A stretch of DNA of 43,317 nt from Cercozoa sp. M6MM (Eukaryota > Protista > Endomyxa: Ascetosporea): NCBI GenBank assembly GCA_040357565.1, contig JBDODJ010000091.1; one strand, given 5' to 3'. The position numbers were made by a program, and so were the translations under genes. Positions 1 through 11,962 of this stretch are shown here, piece after piece. The first letter of the stretch is position 1. Each line of letters opens with the position of its first letter. Below the pieces are notes generated by a model. That model saw only the letters and a program-made list of their open reading frames with translations. It was not told where the DNA came from and made no database searches.

Positions 1-682
1 CCCCCCCCCCCCCCCGTGCACAGGACGACGGTGAGACCAAGTCGCTGGCGGTATGCACACTGCGCAGTACGCCGTCGCAGCCACTGCACTGCATCGTGTG
101 GGCCAAGCACGCCTTTGCACTGCTCTTTGGCCGACGCAGCGACCGCTCGGACAACGTGCTGCTCGACGAGGATGATGGTAGTGCGTGGTACTGGGGTACT
201 GGGGGTAAGGGAATGAAGATGGCCATGTATGCAGGCGGTCTGCTGGAGCAGGGCAGTGACGAGTCGGGCGCGGCCTTTGCACTGCGCGTGGTGAAGCAGT
301 TCTTTGTTCACGACGCGCAGCGACAGCGCGACCTCAAGGAGGACTGGTCGCGGTACCCCTTCCGACCGACTCCGCTGTGCGACGGCGACGTCACTCGACT
401 CTCCGAGCACATGTGGCCGCGTGTACTGCAGCGTGTGCAATTCATGCACGAGCGGTATCACCTACCACCTACCCCTACCACCTACCCATATACCCTACCT
501 CCCATCATATCCCTTGCCCAGACGACGGGAGGACGAGGGCTACGAAGGTATGCGGCAGATGCAGGCGCCCAGGGACGTGGTGGAATCGCTGGCGGCGCTG
601 TGCGACGCCGTGAGCGTTTTGGCGCCGCTGTGGCGTCAGTCTAGCACCGAGGATCCCGAGCTCTTCTTTGACAAGGTATTTC

Positions 683-713
<31 letters not shown>

Positions 714-1887
714 ATATTATTTATACATATTTTGTGTCGATGTTATGTTATATATATATATATATATGAGAAGGACTTTGGGCCGGCCATGCAGTTCGTT
801 GCAGCCGCGGCCAATCTGCGAATGTTCGTGTTCGGCATGACGCGGGTAGCTTTGGGGNNNNNNNNNNNNNNNNNNNNNNNNNNNNNNNNNNNNNNNNNNN
901 NNNNNNNNNNNNNNNNNNNNNNNNNNNNNNNNNNNNNNNNNNNNNNNNNNNNNNNNNGGTATCTTTACCCCCCCCCCCAAACTCCTTCAACCAAATATAC
1001 CTTAACCCACCCCCTGGTCAGCCCCCCCCACCATCTCTGTTGCGCAGTTGTCGTCGTTTGCGATCAAAGGCATCGCGGGCAACATTGTGCACGCGGTGGC
1101 TTCGACCAACGCCACTGTGGCAGCTCTGCAGGTAGCTAGACTGCCTCCTACCTGTCTTACCTGTCTTACCCCCTCCCCCTTACCCCCTCTCTCCAGGCAC
1201 TGGATGCCAGTCTGTTGTTGCGAACAAAGAAACACGCCTCTTGTGGCTACTTGTAGCTTTGCATGTTACTCCTTACCCTTACCTTTACCCTCTTACTTCC
1301 ATATCCCAGTACGATCGATCGGAACGAGCGATGGCCGATCGCGGTGAATTCGCGCGACGAGGCGGCGCGTGAGTGTCCGGCCTGCGATGTCTCGCTGGCG
1401 CGCCTGTCGCTGCGCCTGTCGCTCTGGTCCTTCCGCGCCTTCCGCGACCGCGTCTTGATGCAGACCTGTCGTACCTATGTTCTCTTTGCACCCTTGTATA
1501 TGTATGCGTATATGCGTATTTCTATGTATATGTCGTTCTGTATGTCTATGTATGTGTGTGTATGTATATGTGTATGTGTATGTGTGTACCATTGTTGTGT
1601 CTATACAGAGTGCGAGGACGACGCTTCGCTGTCGGTGTCACGGGGTACCCAGGCCGCTGCCTTCGTGGATCCCATCGATCTCGAGGACGACGACGAGTTG
1701 GACATTGTACGCTCTTACCCCCTCACTTCCTCTTACCTCCTCTTACCCCTCACTTACCTTCTCTTACCCCCACGCAGAACCTGACAGACCGTCGTATCGG
1801 CATGCGTGATGGCTCCTTTGTGACTGTGTTCGATGACACGTCCGCGCGGAAGCACACCTTCTGCCTCGTCATCTGCGACGATGCGAC

Positions 1888-1929
<42 letters not shown>

Positions 1930-2339
1930 CACGCATGTACGTACGTATGGATGTATGGATGAACTGTGTGCCGGCAGAAGAGGGAAGGCGAGTTCGAACT
2001 GAGTCCAGTGTACAACGAAGCGCTGCCGCTGCCGTCTACTGCCGCTGCTGCTGTCGCCAGTCGCCACGACGACGACGACAAGGAGAACCACGACGACGAC
2101 GAGAAACACCCGGAGCAAGAAGACTCCACTGCTCTCTCTGGCGGCACCAGTGCCACCAGTGGCGTCATCATTGATCTCAACTCGGGCGATGAAATGTACC
2201 CCCCCCCCTACTTATGTTGTTCTGCCTTCCCCTGATGACTCTCCTTTGTTTGCGCAGGCAGGAAGACCTGCTACTCCTGAGCTCCGACGACGACGCCGAA
2301 GTGCTCGAACCGGCACCCAAGCGAACTAAACTCACCTGA
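1..2339 (+). CDS. UBA2: SUMO-activating enzyme subunit 2, 3' part, multi-exon, 5'-truncated
   Basis: Spliced translation gives catalytic-Cys region AVCTLRSTPSQPLHCIVWAKHAFALLFG, then FDKDFGPAMQFVAAAANLRMFVFGM, FAIKGIAGNIVHAVASTNA and a CPAC Zn motif; C-terminal SIM-like VIIDL and NLS-like PKRTK; TGA 2337-2339. N gap at 858-957. Confidence 0.92.
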
Positions 2340-2483
2340 ACGTTTCGTAATTTCTCGCAAGTTCTGTAGACATTCAGCGCGGCTTGAATGAATAAATTCC
2401 TTCAACAAGGTGCACTATGAGGCCACGACGGCAGAGGGAGCCCCCACACCCTGCCGTTTCAAATGTCGACGTAGGTAGTTCGC

Positions 2484-2606
2484 TAGTTCAGTCGACCAAG
2501 AAACCAACTGCGCTGTGTAACTTAGTTTCCCTGTACCAGTGGTCCCGGGGCGGAGTCACAGGCGCATGGCCATAGTCCACCGCCCGCTTAGGGCCATCCA
2601 ACTCCA
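2484..2606 (+). repeat. Dispersed structured non-coding element, copy A
   Basis: Core 2545-2593 matches 18623-18669 at 39 of 49 aligned positions; flanks AGTTCAGTC..AAGAAACCA and GGGCCATC(C)AACT are shared with 37411-37500. Confidence 0.65.
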
Positions 2607-2924
2607 TTTTTAAGTTCTTTAACGTCTACATAGGCATACGACGATACATGCTCGACTGGTTGCACAATTCTTGCACGTGCCGTGCGTGCGGGAGTCTTCG
2701 CTCGACTTCGCCTGTGTTGAACTGACTCGGCTCATCGACTCGACTTAGAGTGGAAGTTGATCATATTATCTTCGTAGCTTGCGCACGCCAGAACTGGGAC
2801 TGCGTAATCACGTGCACGCTCAGGGGTTTTAGTGTTCCAAGCTCCAAGTCTATGAAAATCTAAATATTTCTGGAACCCCGAAGCAGCAGGCATTCGCATT
2901 TTCCTCCAAGAACACAACCAAAGT

Positions 2925-2958
2925 GCACCAATGAACTGCCAAATTAGTTCATTGGTGC
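2925..2958. promoter_or_regulatory. Perfect 13-bp inverted repeat ~35 nt upstream of the PLAC8-family ATG
   Basis: GCACCAATGAACT-gccaaatt-AGTTCATTGGTGC; contains CCAAT. Regulatory role is inferred from position only. Confidence 0.45.
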
Positions 2959-2992
2959 CATCTTTTTATAAAAACTAGCAAGCAGGAGCAAC

Positions 2993-4176
2993 ATGCCAAC
3001 CTACATTGATGCAAGCGGCAATATTGTTCGTCCGGGCTCGGGTGCCGCGCAGCAGGCTGCTCCTCATGTGCCGCCTCAACGGCACCCTCTGGCAGTCGCC
3101 CATGATGGCCTGACTACCGCTGAGCCGGATGCACCACCTAATGTGCCGCCGCAGAACGGACCCGCGGTAAAAATTCATGTGCCAGTGTACTGATTCCGAA
3201 ACTGTACATGAGGACCAACGATGAATCAGCTTGGCCTATGCAGCAACCACCGCCACCAGGTCAGCAGCAACCACGACAGTACTATACTGCGAGCGGACCT
3301 GTGCAGGCAGCTCCTTCGTATGCACTTCCCCCTGCCCAGCCATACCGATACGAAGAACGCCACCGCTTTGAGCTGTTCGACAATCTGAACAACCCGGGGC
3401 CAGCCGAAAACAACGGCGGCAACGGCAATGGCAACAACGGCCCAGGTCGACATGTTGGGAATGACTTTGAATCCGACACGTGCGGCTGCATGACACTGCG
3501 ACACTACCCGTTTTGGTGTGTCTACAACGTGTTCTGCCTGCCTTGTGTACCCCCTGTTTACCCCCCCCCCTTTACCCCCTACCTGTATCTCTAACTAAGT
3601 TATGCACCCGTGTCATGTCTGACTAAGTTAATATTAATGCAGGCGACAGCAGACGTCGGCGACATTGGCAGTGCATCAGTTTCTCTTGCGATGTTGCAGT
3701 ATACATGTGTATTGTGACGTGCGTGTGTACGTTTAGATGAGTACATTGGTATGGAGCGAAACACACGGCACTGCTGTAAACGACACCTATCACTGGCATT
3801 GCTGTATACAATATCAACTGGGTTGATCAGTATGGGGGCTCCGATGCTGCACTATGTCGTTAATGATCGCATTCTGCTGGCCTGCAATTGGGATCGGAAC
3901 CGCTTTCTCGAGATACGAATCAAAGAAGGTATTGTCGGCAAGATACAAATCTATTCGATACATGCTTGGGTTTAGATCCTTGGAATGGAAACGCGATGCC
4001 TCGAAGACTCCCTGGTCGGTTGCATTCTGTGTCCTTGCAGCAACGCACAGGTGTACTACGAGTTGCAACAGGTAGGTTTTCTTTCGATATCTCCCAACTT
4101 TCCACAAATCGCGGTAATTATTTTACTACAGCGCAACCTAGTCACGCCTGACTCGCGCAGTTACATGCGAATGTGA
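2993..4176 (+). CDS. PLAC8/cornifelin-family Cys-rich membrane protein with Pro/Gln-rich N-terminus, multi-exon
   Basis: ATG 2993; FESDTCGC...CVYNVFCLPC and CLEDSLVGCILCPCSNAQVYYELQQ resemble the two conserved PLAC8 blocks; TGA at 4176. Confidence 0.7.
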
Positions 4177-4461
4177 AAGGCGATAAGAGCGAAAACTCTA
4201 GAATGCGGACACGAAGGACCAGTGAAAGGCCGTGACTAAAGGCGACACTCATGTTGCCAAAACCAATAAAAACTGGAAACCCGATTTGGCGGGGAACTGC
4301 TAGTTCAGTGGCCTCAAATCCTGCATTGAAAGCACCGCAGCGCTCTACACTGTCCAAATAGTGCACCAATCGAGTGGACAGATTTGTGGTTTCTGTGCAA
4401 GGGACTCGGCTGCGACAAAAATATCGCTGTCGTTTTTAAACAAAATCGCGGTTCCGCGACA

Positions 4462-7400
4462 ATGAGTTTCGACCAGTTCGTCTCCTCTCTGGTGCCCAAT
4501 CAGTCAGTACCTGTGCCTCCTTGCTTTGTGTTTTCACATCGTGTATACTGCGCAGGCGACACCGAGGCAGCCAATACTGCCCAGGTACATGTGTTTGACA
4601 GCTTTGATTTAGCGTCCCTGAGTCGAGCGTAAACTTACGTCTGGGTTTGTGCAGTTCACGCGACAGTCCGTGGCTACAAAGCCTGACGGACAAGCAGTAT
4701 CGTGCAGCCACTCTGACCACGGGTACTTGCTAATCGCATCCGCGACTTTACAAAGTTACTGAAAACAGAGAGGGAGCCCGTAGCCATCCTCGCCGCAGCA
4801 GGAGCAGGAAAAACCAGCACACTTTGTGCGCGCATCACGAACCTCGTTCGGACACGTCAAGCGTCGCCAGAGGAGGTACAATTACTCTTGCATCGATGCT
4901 ACCTTTGCTGAGGTCTTTTGTACTGCCGGTGCCTGCAAAGATACTGGCGATCACGTTCACGCGAAAAGCAGCCGGCGAAATGGCAGTACAATCTTATGTT
5001 TTTGCGTTGTTTGTTTGCGCACATGTATATGAGGGGGTGTGACAGGAGAGACTGCATCAGACGCTTGGACACGAGGCAATGTGTGTCACAACGTGCACCT
5101 TTCACTCACTGTACCAGCTTGCTTGTAGCTGTGCCTCCTTGCTGCAACACAAATGAGTGCACATCTCTGATCAGATGTCTGCGAATACTGCGACAGAACA
5201 TCAAGAGTCTCGAATTCTCCACTCAGTTCTTTGTGCTGGGTCCGGTACCCTTGCCTTGTTGTTTGAGCTTGCTGCCTTTACACTGACGTGTGCACACAGG
5301 ATGACCAAAAAAGCCTCGTAGGCGAGGTCTTGCTGATGCTGGAGCACACGCTTGACAAGTGTATCCTTGATCTCTCATACGCTAGACTTGCTTGATATGT
5401 GTGCGCATGCACGAGTGTATTATATACATGCCAGTGGACTGCGAGAAAGCGATGCAGGCAGGACTGCCCGAGGCACTGCGTGGCACGCGACACACGGTCG
5501 AGCAGGACGATGCACTCATGCTGGCTGCACTGTATTCTTGCTCTCACAATTATACCCAAGTGTGTGTTTATGTGTACATGATGCTCAGTCAGCAGGAGGA
5601 CTACACAGTCCCACGTCGCTACCGACCAGGTAACGCTGACATGCTGACAGACAAGGAGAAGAAGAAACAGATCAACTTCTTCACGAACTTTGTTCGTCGC
5701 GCCAAATCGTGTGGTAGTTTGTGCACTCGAATCCAGTTGTCCGGCCTCTTTCATGGGGTGTTTCGGTACAGGCGTGCAACCACACGAACTTTACGATTCG
5801 AAAAGCGGTACCTTATAGTCACTGTTGTTGCTTAAGTGTGTGTACACGTACCGATGCGCAGGCGTAGGCAGCGTGTATGCCTTTGTGCTGCGGCGCTACC
5901 AAGACTTATTGAAGAAAGTACCACTCGTATGAACGTATGTGTGCTTATTGACTATGTGAATTGGTTTGCAGAGAAACAGCATCGATTTTGGCGACATGAT
6001 TCCCAAGTAAGCGTTTCGATGTGTTGTGTGTTTTAAAGCAGTCTTGGTTTGTGCAGAACCGTGCGATTGCTGCGAGCGTTTCCGCACGTACTTGAAGGAC
6101 TCCGCGTCCAGGTGTGTGTCTTTGTTGGTTCACCTTTCGGCCATCGTGATGACACAATTTTGTGCAGATTCGTCACGTTGTTGTGGACGAGTTCCAAGAC
6201 GTCTCGCAGCAGCAGATCGAACTGGTGATGCTTCTCGCCTGCGGCAGTAGGAACAACAACAACAGCAGCAGCAATAGCAACATGAGTCGCAGTCTGTGCG
6301 TATGCGGTGATGATGACCAGTGCATCTACGCGTTTCGGTACTTTGACTCCCTTTGCTTGCTTGCTTTGTGCATTGCGTCAATGCCCCGGGTACGATAGAG
6401 GTGCATGTGACAATGCCTTCATTCATCTGGAAGAGTCTTCCCGTCAGTTTGACCTGGAAGGTAGGTGTATGGATTCCGAGAACTGTGTGTTCTTGTGTGC
6501 ACGCATGTACCCTTAGTGCAAACGATCAAACTGGACGAAACCTTTCGAACAACACAAGTCATTGCCGATGCTGCACAGTGTACCTTGCACACACACACAC
6601 ACAAACATTCGCACACACGCACACACACACACACACACACATACGCGCATAAACACACTCACACACACACACACACACGTAGCACTGATCCAACACAACA
6701 AGCGGCGTGTTCCAAAACAACTGCGTCTGACACGTCTGCGACAGGTGCGCGCACTATTGTCTTCTCTTCGTTTAGAACTCTTCCAGTACTTCTTGTTTGT
6801 CTTTATACTCACGCTTCCAGGCGCAAGTTCAACGCTTGTTCAACGAGTCGCCGCCGCCTCTGCCGCGTGTGTTTTGCTCGGCGTGTCCGCGCACAGCTGT
6901 GTGCTTACAGACCTTATTGATAGATGTCTAAGATAGATAGATGTCTCTGAATGTGCAGGCCAAGACAGTGTGCTCCACGATAAAGCAACTGCGTGAGCTG
7001 CATACCTACCGGTAGTCCTCATCTATACTACAGCTCAAACTGCAGACAGACATGTGTGTAGGTGGCAAGACTTTGCCATACTCGGACGCACTGGCAAGTC
7101 GCTCAAGCCCTACTATGCCGTACCTCACTTTCTTCTTGTTCAACTGGTGCTGTTCTTGCTCGTGTTTCTACATTATCGAGTACCTACAGATTCTAAGAAA
7201 GGAAGGCATTCCAACAAAGCTGCCTGTACTTTTGTCTCCCTACTCTTCTTGCTGTATGCTTATACAACCGTCCAGCAGGATATATCATTGTATCCACGCA
7301 GAAGAGACAACAGTCCAAAAGGAGGAAAGTGATGCTGACGGATGCCGGTCGATACCTGTATTTTTGCTCTGATTTTTATACGGGGACCTGTGTGTTTATG

Positions 7401-8079
7401 TACTTATATGTGTCTGCAAAGTTGCGCTCTGGCTGGTGCTTGTTTCAAGTCGAACATTGACGATTTTGCTCGAGTGTGTCGGTACCCTACCACCCAAACT
7501 GTATAAACGCAAAGTACTACACGATATATATATATATATATAGAGTGTGTGTATATGGATAGGGAGAGTTTGTGTGTGCAGAGCGAAAGGAGTAACTCAG
7601 TCAACGGTGCAGAAACTGCGTGACGCACATGCCAAGCGAGTGCAGTCGACTGCGAGTGCCGCCGCCGGTGCCGACGTCTTCCTTGCTGGCGCTCTGAACG
7701 ACTGCGCGGTTGTCACCGACAACAAGGCCGACCACTCGGTCGAACAGACTGTGCGACTCGCGAACTTGTTCCTACACTCTGTCACACGGTACCTGTGTCC
7801 ATACTCTGCCATACACTTTGTCCCTTGCGATGTGAACGCCGCCTGGCTTGCCGTAGAAAGCAACTGGTGCTCCTGCAGGACGTGTGCAGTACCTTTTGCA
7901 TCATTGAACTTTACCAGAAGGAATCAGAACGCAGGTGTGTCTATTCCTATAGGCTTGCTTCACCGCAAGCGACGTGCCGTGGCGACTCGTTCCTTCCGCA
8001 CTGTGGCAGATGTGCTGCGACACCTGCATGACCAGGGTGTCCATCTACATCATCTTTACTAGAGTGCATACATGTATCA

Positions 8080-8117
<38 letters not shown>

Positions 8118-9482
8118 GTACAGAGACAGTGGGGACTGAAGGTGCCGAGACCGTCTTCGGCGTGGCCGAGCAGTTCGAGATCGGCGCCGACGTGACGACT
8201 TCGGTGCTCAAGTTCGTCTGTGCGGCTCAGGAGGGCGAAATCACCGACGCTGTCACTGAGGTGTCTTGACTTTTTGACCCCTGCCTTTTATCATGAAGTC
8301 TGCACTCTTGAAAGCTTATGTATAGGAGGAAGCAGACGGCACTGTGTCGCTGACTACCATCCATCAGGCCAAAGGCGTACATGCACTACCTTAAATTGCT
8401 ACACAAAGACAGGGTTTCAACTGCCATGTGTTACACACTCAGAGAGAGTGGAAGGTGGTCTTTGTCGTCGCTTGTGTCGACGGCGTCATGCCTGTACACA
8501 CGCTTATACACCTATGTATACTTGCGTATGTATTTATTGTGCAGTTACCCTACCGACCGGCAGTAGTGCGACGCACACGAACTCGCACAGACGGTCTGAA
8601 ACAAGGCAGGAGTGGCGACAAGCAGCAACAGCAGCAGCAACAGGCGGTTGACCCACGCACACTAACGCCAGAGCAGCGAAGACAACTCATCGCCACTGCT
8701 AGGTGTGTTTGCTTCCACGCACCAAAACTGAGCTTGTATTGCAAACACAGGGAGAAAGCAAAAAACAGACGAAAGCAGAAGCGCGAAAATACTCACAGTG
8801 ACGTCGCCAAAAACTGTACTCGTCCTGTCTCGTGTCCTCTGTGTCTGTGTGTGCGCGAGGTTTGTTTTCTTTTGTCGCCAGCAAATGTGGACGATCGCAC
8901 TCGCTTCTTGGAGGAGGAGCGTCGACTTGCCTACGGTGAGTCTCGCATGTAGCCGTGTGTCTCATGCCATCCTTGCGTGTGTATGTGCGCAGTCGCAATG
9001 ACACGTGCCAGAGAGCGACTGTACATGTGCGCCTACCTCAGCGATGTACTTTGGCATAACCACTCGTGTCTGTACTAAGTCCACGCCAATCATGTTCTCC
9101 ATACTGACAGGACTGGGGAGAAGAAGCGCAGCTCTCTGCCTTCGTGCAGCAGATCGACGCGGCACTGCTCGACTTTGGCGGCACGCCGACTGTAATTTGT
9201 CTTTTTCTTCTTCGTGTGCAGTGTTCAGACTGCAGAACTCTCCGCTTGCCTTCCTTATCTGTGTACTACACCTCTGCTCAGCGCAACGAGAGCGAGAACA
9301 AAAAACGCCGTGTGGTACTTGAACCCTTGAGCTACACCACAGTGCTTTCTCCGGATGCCACTGCGAGTGTGATCTCTGCTTCTTTGACAGCAACAGGAGT
9401 CAGCGCAAACGGTCCAAAAGTCAGCGATGACAGTGCCCTCGAGGGACGGCGGCTTCCTTTCCTTTTCTTGACGGATGCCTGA
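4462..9482 (+). CDS. UvrD/Rep/PcrA-family (Srs2-like) SF1A DNA helicase, many exons
   Basis: Motifs in order across exons: AAAGAGKT, ILAITFTRKAAGEM, TFHSLCLRIL, IDFGDMI, VVVDEFQD, VCGDDDQCIYAFR, LDETFRTT, AILGRT, TIHQAKGREW, EEERRLAYVAMTRARERL. Confidence 0.93.
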
Positions 9483-9680
9483 CGCTTGGCAGTGCAGCTA
9501 GTCTACTGGTGAGTGACGACTAAATTTGATTTAGCCTGGTCATCAGAAGATTAGATTAGAAGCTACGGGCCTGCGGCTAGACGAGAGGGTGCAGCCGAAC
9601 GAACCGAATGTGAAACGAAAGAAAACACAGTGTGAGTGCATGGTAGCAAAAGTAGTATCCTAAAGCTAGTCAGACTCGAC

Positions 9681-10444
9681 TTAGAAGGCCTGCTCCTCAA
9701 AGTCGCCCTCCTCAGCGGCGAACTCACCCTCATCACCACCTGCACACACACACACACACACATACACACATGCAATCGTATAAACAGAGTAGCAGCGAAG
9801 GTACCCTCCTGGGCGACCTCCTCGTAGTCCTTCTCGAGGGAAGCGAGGTCCTCGCGAGCCTCGGTGAACTCGCCTTCCTCCATACCCTCACCGACGTACC
9901 AGTGCACAAAGGCGCGCTTGTTGTACATGACGTCGAACTTCTGGTTGATGCGCGAGAAGACCTCGGCGATCGACGAGTTGTTGGCGATCATGCAGAGCGA
10001 GCGGTGCACCTTGGCGAGATCGCCGCCCGGGACGACCGACGGCGCCTGGTAGTTGATGCCGACCTTGAAGCCGGTGGGGCACCAGTCGACGAACGTGATG
10101 GTGCGCTTGGTCTTCATGGTGGCCACGGCCGCGTTGACGTCCTTGGGCACGACGTCGCCGCGGTACATCATGCAGCACGCCATGTACTTGCCGACGCGCG
10201 GGTCGCACTTCACCATCATGCTCTGCGGCTCAAAGGCGGCCGACGTGATCTCGTTGACCGTGACGCTCTCGTGCGTGAGCTTGTCGGCCGAGATGATCGG
10301 CGCGTACGACGACAGCATGAAGTGGATGCGCGGGTACGGCACCAGGTTCACCTGGAACTCCGACAGGTCCACGTTGAGCGCGCCCGAGAAGCGCAGCGAC
10401 GCCGTGAGCGACGACACCACCTATCGCACAGAGCCAATGACAAG

Positions 10445-10495
<51 letters not shown>

Positions 10496-11579
10496 TGCAA
10501 GGTACCTGAGCAATGATGCGGTTCAGGTTGAGGTAGGACGGACGCTCAATGTCGAGACTGCGGCGGCACAGGTCGTAGATGGCCTCGTTATCGAGCATGA
10601 GCGCCACATCGGTGTGCTCCAGCAGCGAGTGCGTCGCCAGCACCGAGTTGTACGGCTCCACAACGGCCGTGGCCAGCTGCGGCGACGGGAACACCGTGAA
10701 GGCGAGCTTGCTCTTCTTGCCGTAGTCCACCGACAGACGGTCGAGCAGGCGCGCGCCGAGACCCGAGCCCGTACCGCCACCGACGGCGTTGAAGAACAGG
10801 AAGCCCTGCAGGCCCTGGCACATGTCGGCCAGTCGACGGATGCGGTCCAGACACAGGTCAATGATCTCGCGGCCTGTACAAATGCACATATCGACACTGA
10901 CACAGATACCGAGGCAGAAACATGTGCACTCCCCCAGGCCAAAGGTACCGATCGTGTAGTGGCCACGCGCGTAGTTGTTGGCGGCGTCCTCCTTGCCCGA
11001 GATGAGCTGCGCCGGGTGGAACAGCTGACGGTACGTGCCCGTGCGCACCTCGTCGATCACGCTCGGCTCCAGGTCGAGGAACACCGTGCGCGGCACGTGC
11101 TTGCCGCCGTCAGTCTCAGAGAAAAACGTGTTGTAGGCATCGTCCTCCTTGCCTGCACACACAGATCCGTAACTCACATCAGTTTGGGTGTGGTGCATGT
11201 GCGTGTGCGTGCGTGTGTGTGTGCGTGTGTGTGGCTGCTCACGTACCAATAGAGGAGTCACCAGGAAGGTAGCCATCCGGCGTGATGCCGTGCTCCAGAC
11301 AGTAGAGCTCCCAGCACGAGTTACCGACCTACGGGCAAGCGCATCTTTCCATGTGGAGCAAGAAAACATAAACGTATTCTGGACAGAGCTACCTGGACGC
11401 CGGCCTGACCCACGTGGATCGAGATGATTTCGCTGCCAAAACACAAAAGCGCGAATCAGCAAAGCACAAAAAGGCGACAAGACAAAATAGCAGACAGCAG
11501 CTGCTGGGCCGTGATTGGGAACGCAGCAGCACTCTTAGCCACACGCGTTAGCACTGACAAACTGGTGGTACCGCGGCAT
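9681..11579 (-). CDS. TUBA: Alpha-tubulin (divergent), 7 exons
   Basis: [89 protein letters not shown]; six GT-AG introns; ends EEQAF-TAA. Confidence 0.98.
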
Positions 11580-11696
11580 TTTTCTTCGTTGGCGAGTTCG
11601 AGCGAGCTAAGACCTCTACGGTGGCAATGAACCGTAGACTCTATGCACAGCTAGGAGCAACGTTGGCGGGCGAGGAAGTGAGAGAGCAAGCTTTTT

Positions 11697-11729
11697 GGGA
11701 ACTCGGACAAATCTCGGTCCGAGTGTCCC
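11697..11729. promoter_or_regulatory. Hairpin/inverted repeat in the divergent tubulin-SGT1 intergenic region
   Basis: GGGA-ACTCGGAC-aaatctcg-GTCCGAGT-g-TCCC, followed by an AT-rich tract at ~11740-11800. Confidence 0.4.
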
Positions 11730-11962
11730 GCTTATGGAATACTGTACAGTAATTATTATTTATTTAAAAAATAAATACTATCGTATAATCGCCGTATTTT
11801 AGTCATTGTTTGACAACGCTTAGCCTCAGAAGCGAGACAGAAATTAATGGAGTGGCTTTGAGGATGGTTAAGCAAATACTTCCTCGTTGTTTCCTGCAAG
11901 AAAATACAATAATTGGTGTTGCAAAAAGCGAGTTCAAAGGTGCTCGCGCTCAGTTATCTGTG

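Noticed and set aside
858-957. N runs (also 16768-16777, 17521-17620, 34390-34399, 36870-36879)
   Set aside because: Assembly gaps, mostly at low-complexity repeats; adjacent repeat lengths are unreliable.
2533-2603. Hairpin element as HDV-like or hammerhead ribozyme, SECIS, variant U1 or integron attC
   Set aside because: No HDV nested pseudoknot, no CUGANGA/GAAA core, no SECIS quartet with apical AA, no U1 loop II ATTGCAC or clear Sm site, and attC core sites are not correctly arranged.
4462-9482. Bacterial contamination or recent HGT of uvrD
   Set aside because: Gene is densely interrupted by host-style introns, and Srs2-like helicases are widespread in eukaryotes.
9770-11252. Long + strand ORFs (248 and 399 aa) opposite tubulin; similar ORFs opposite actin
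   Set aside because: Antisense shadows of GC3-rich coding sequence plus stop-free CA repeats.
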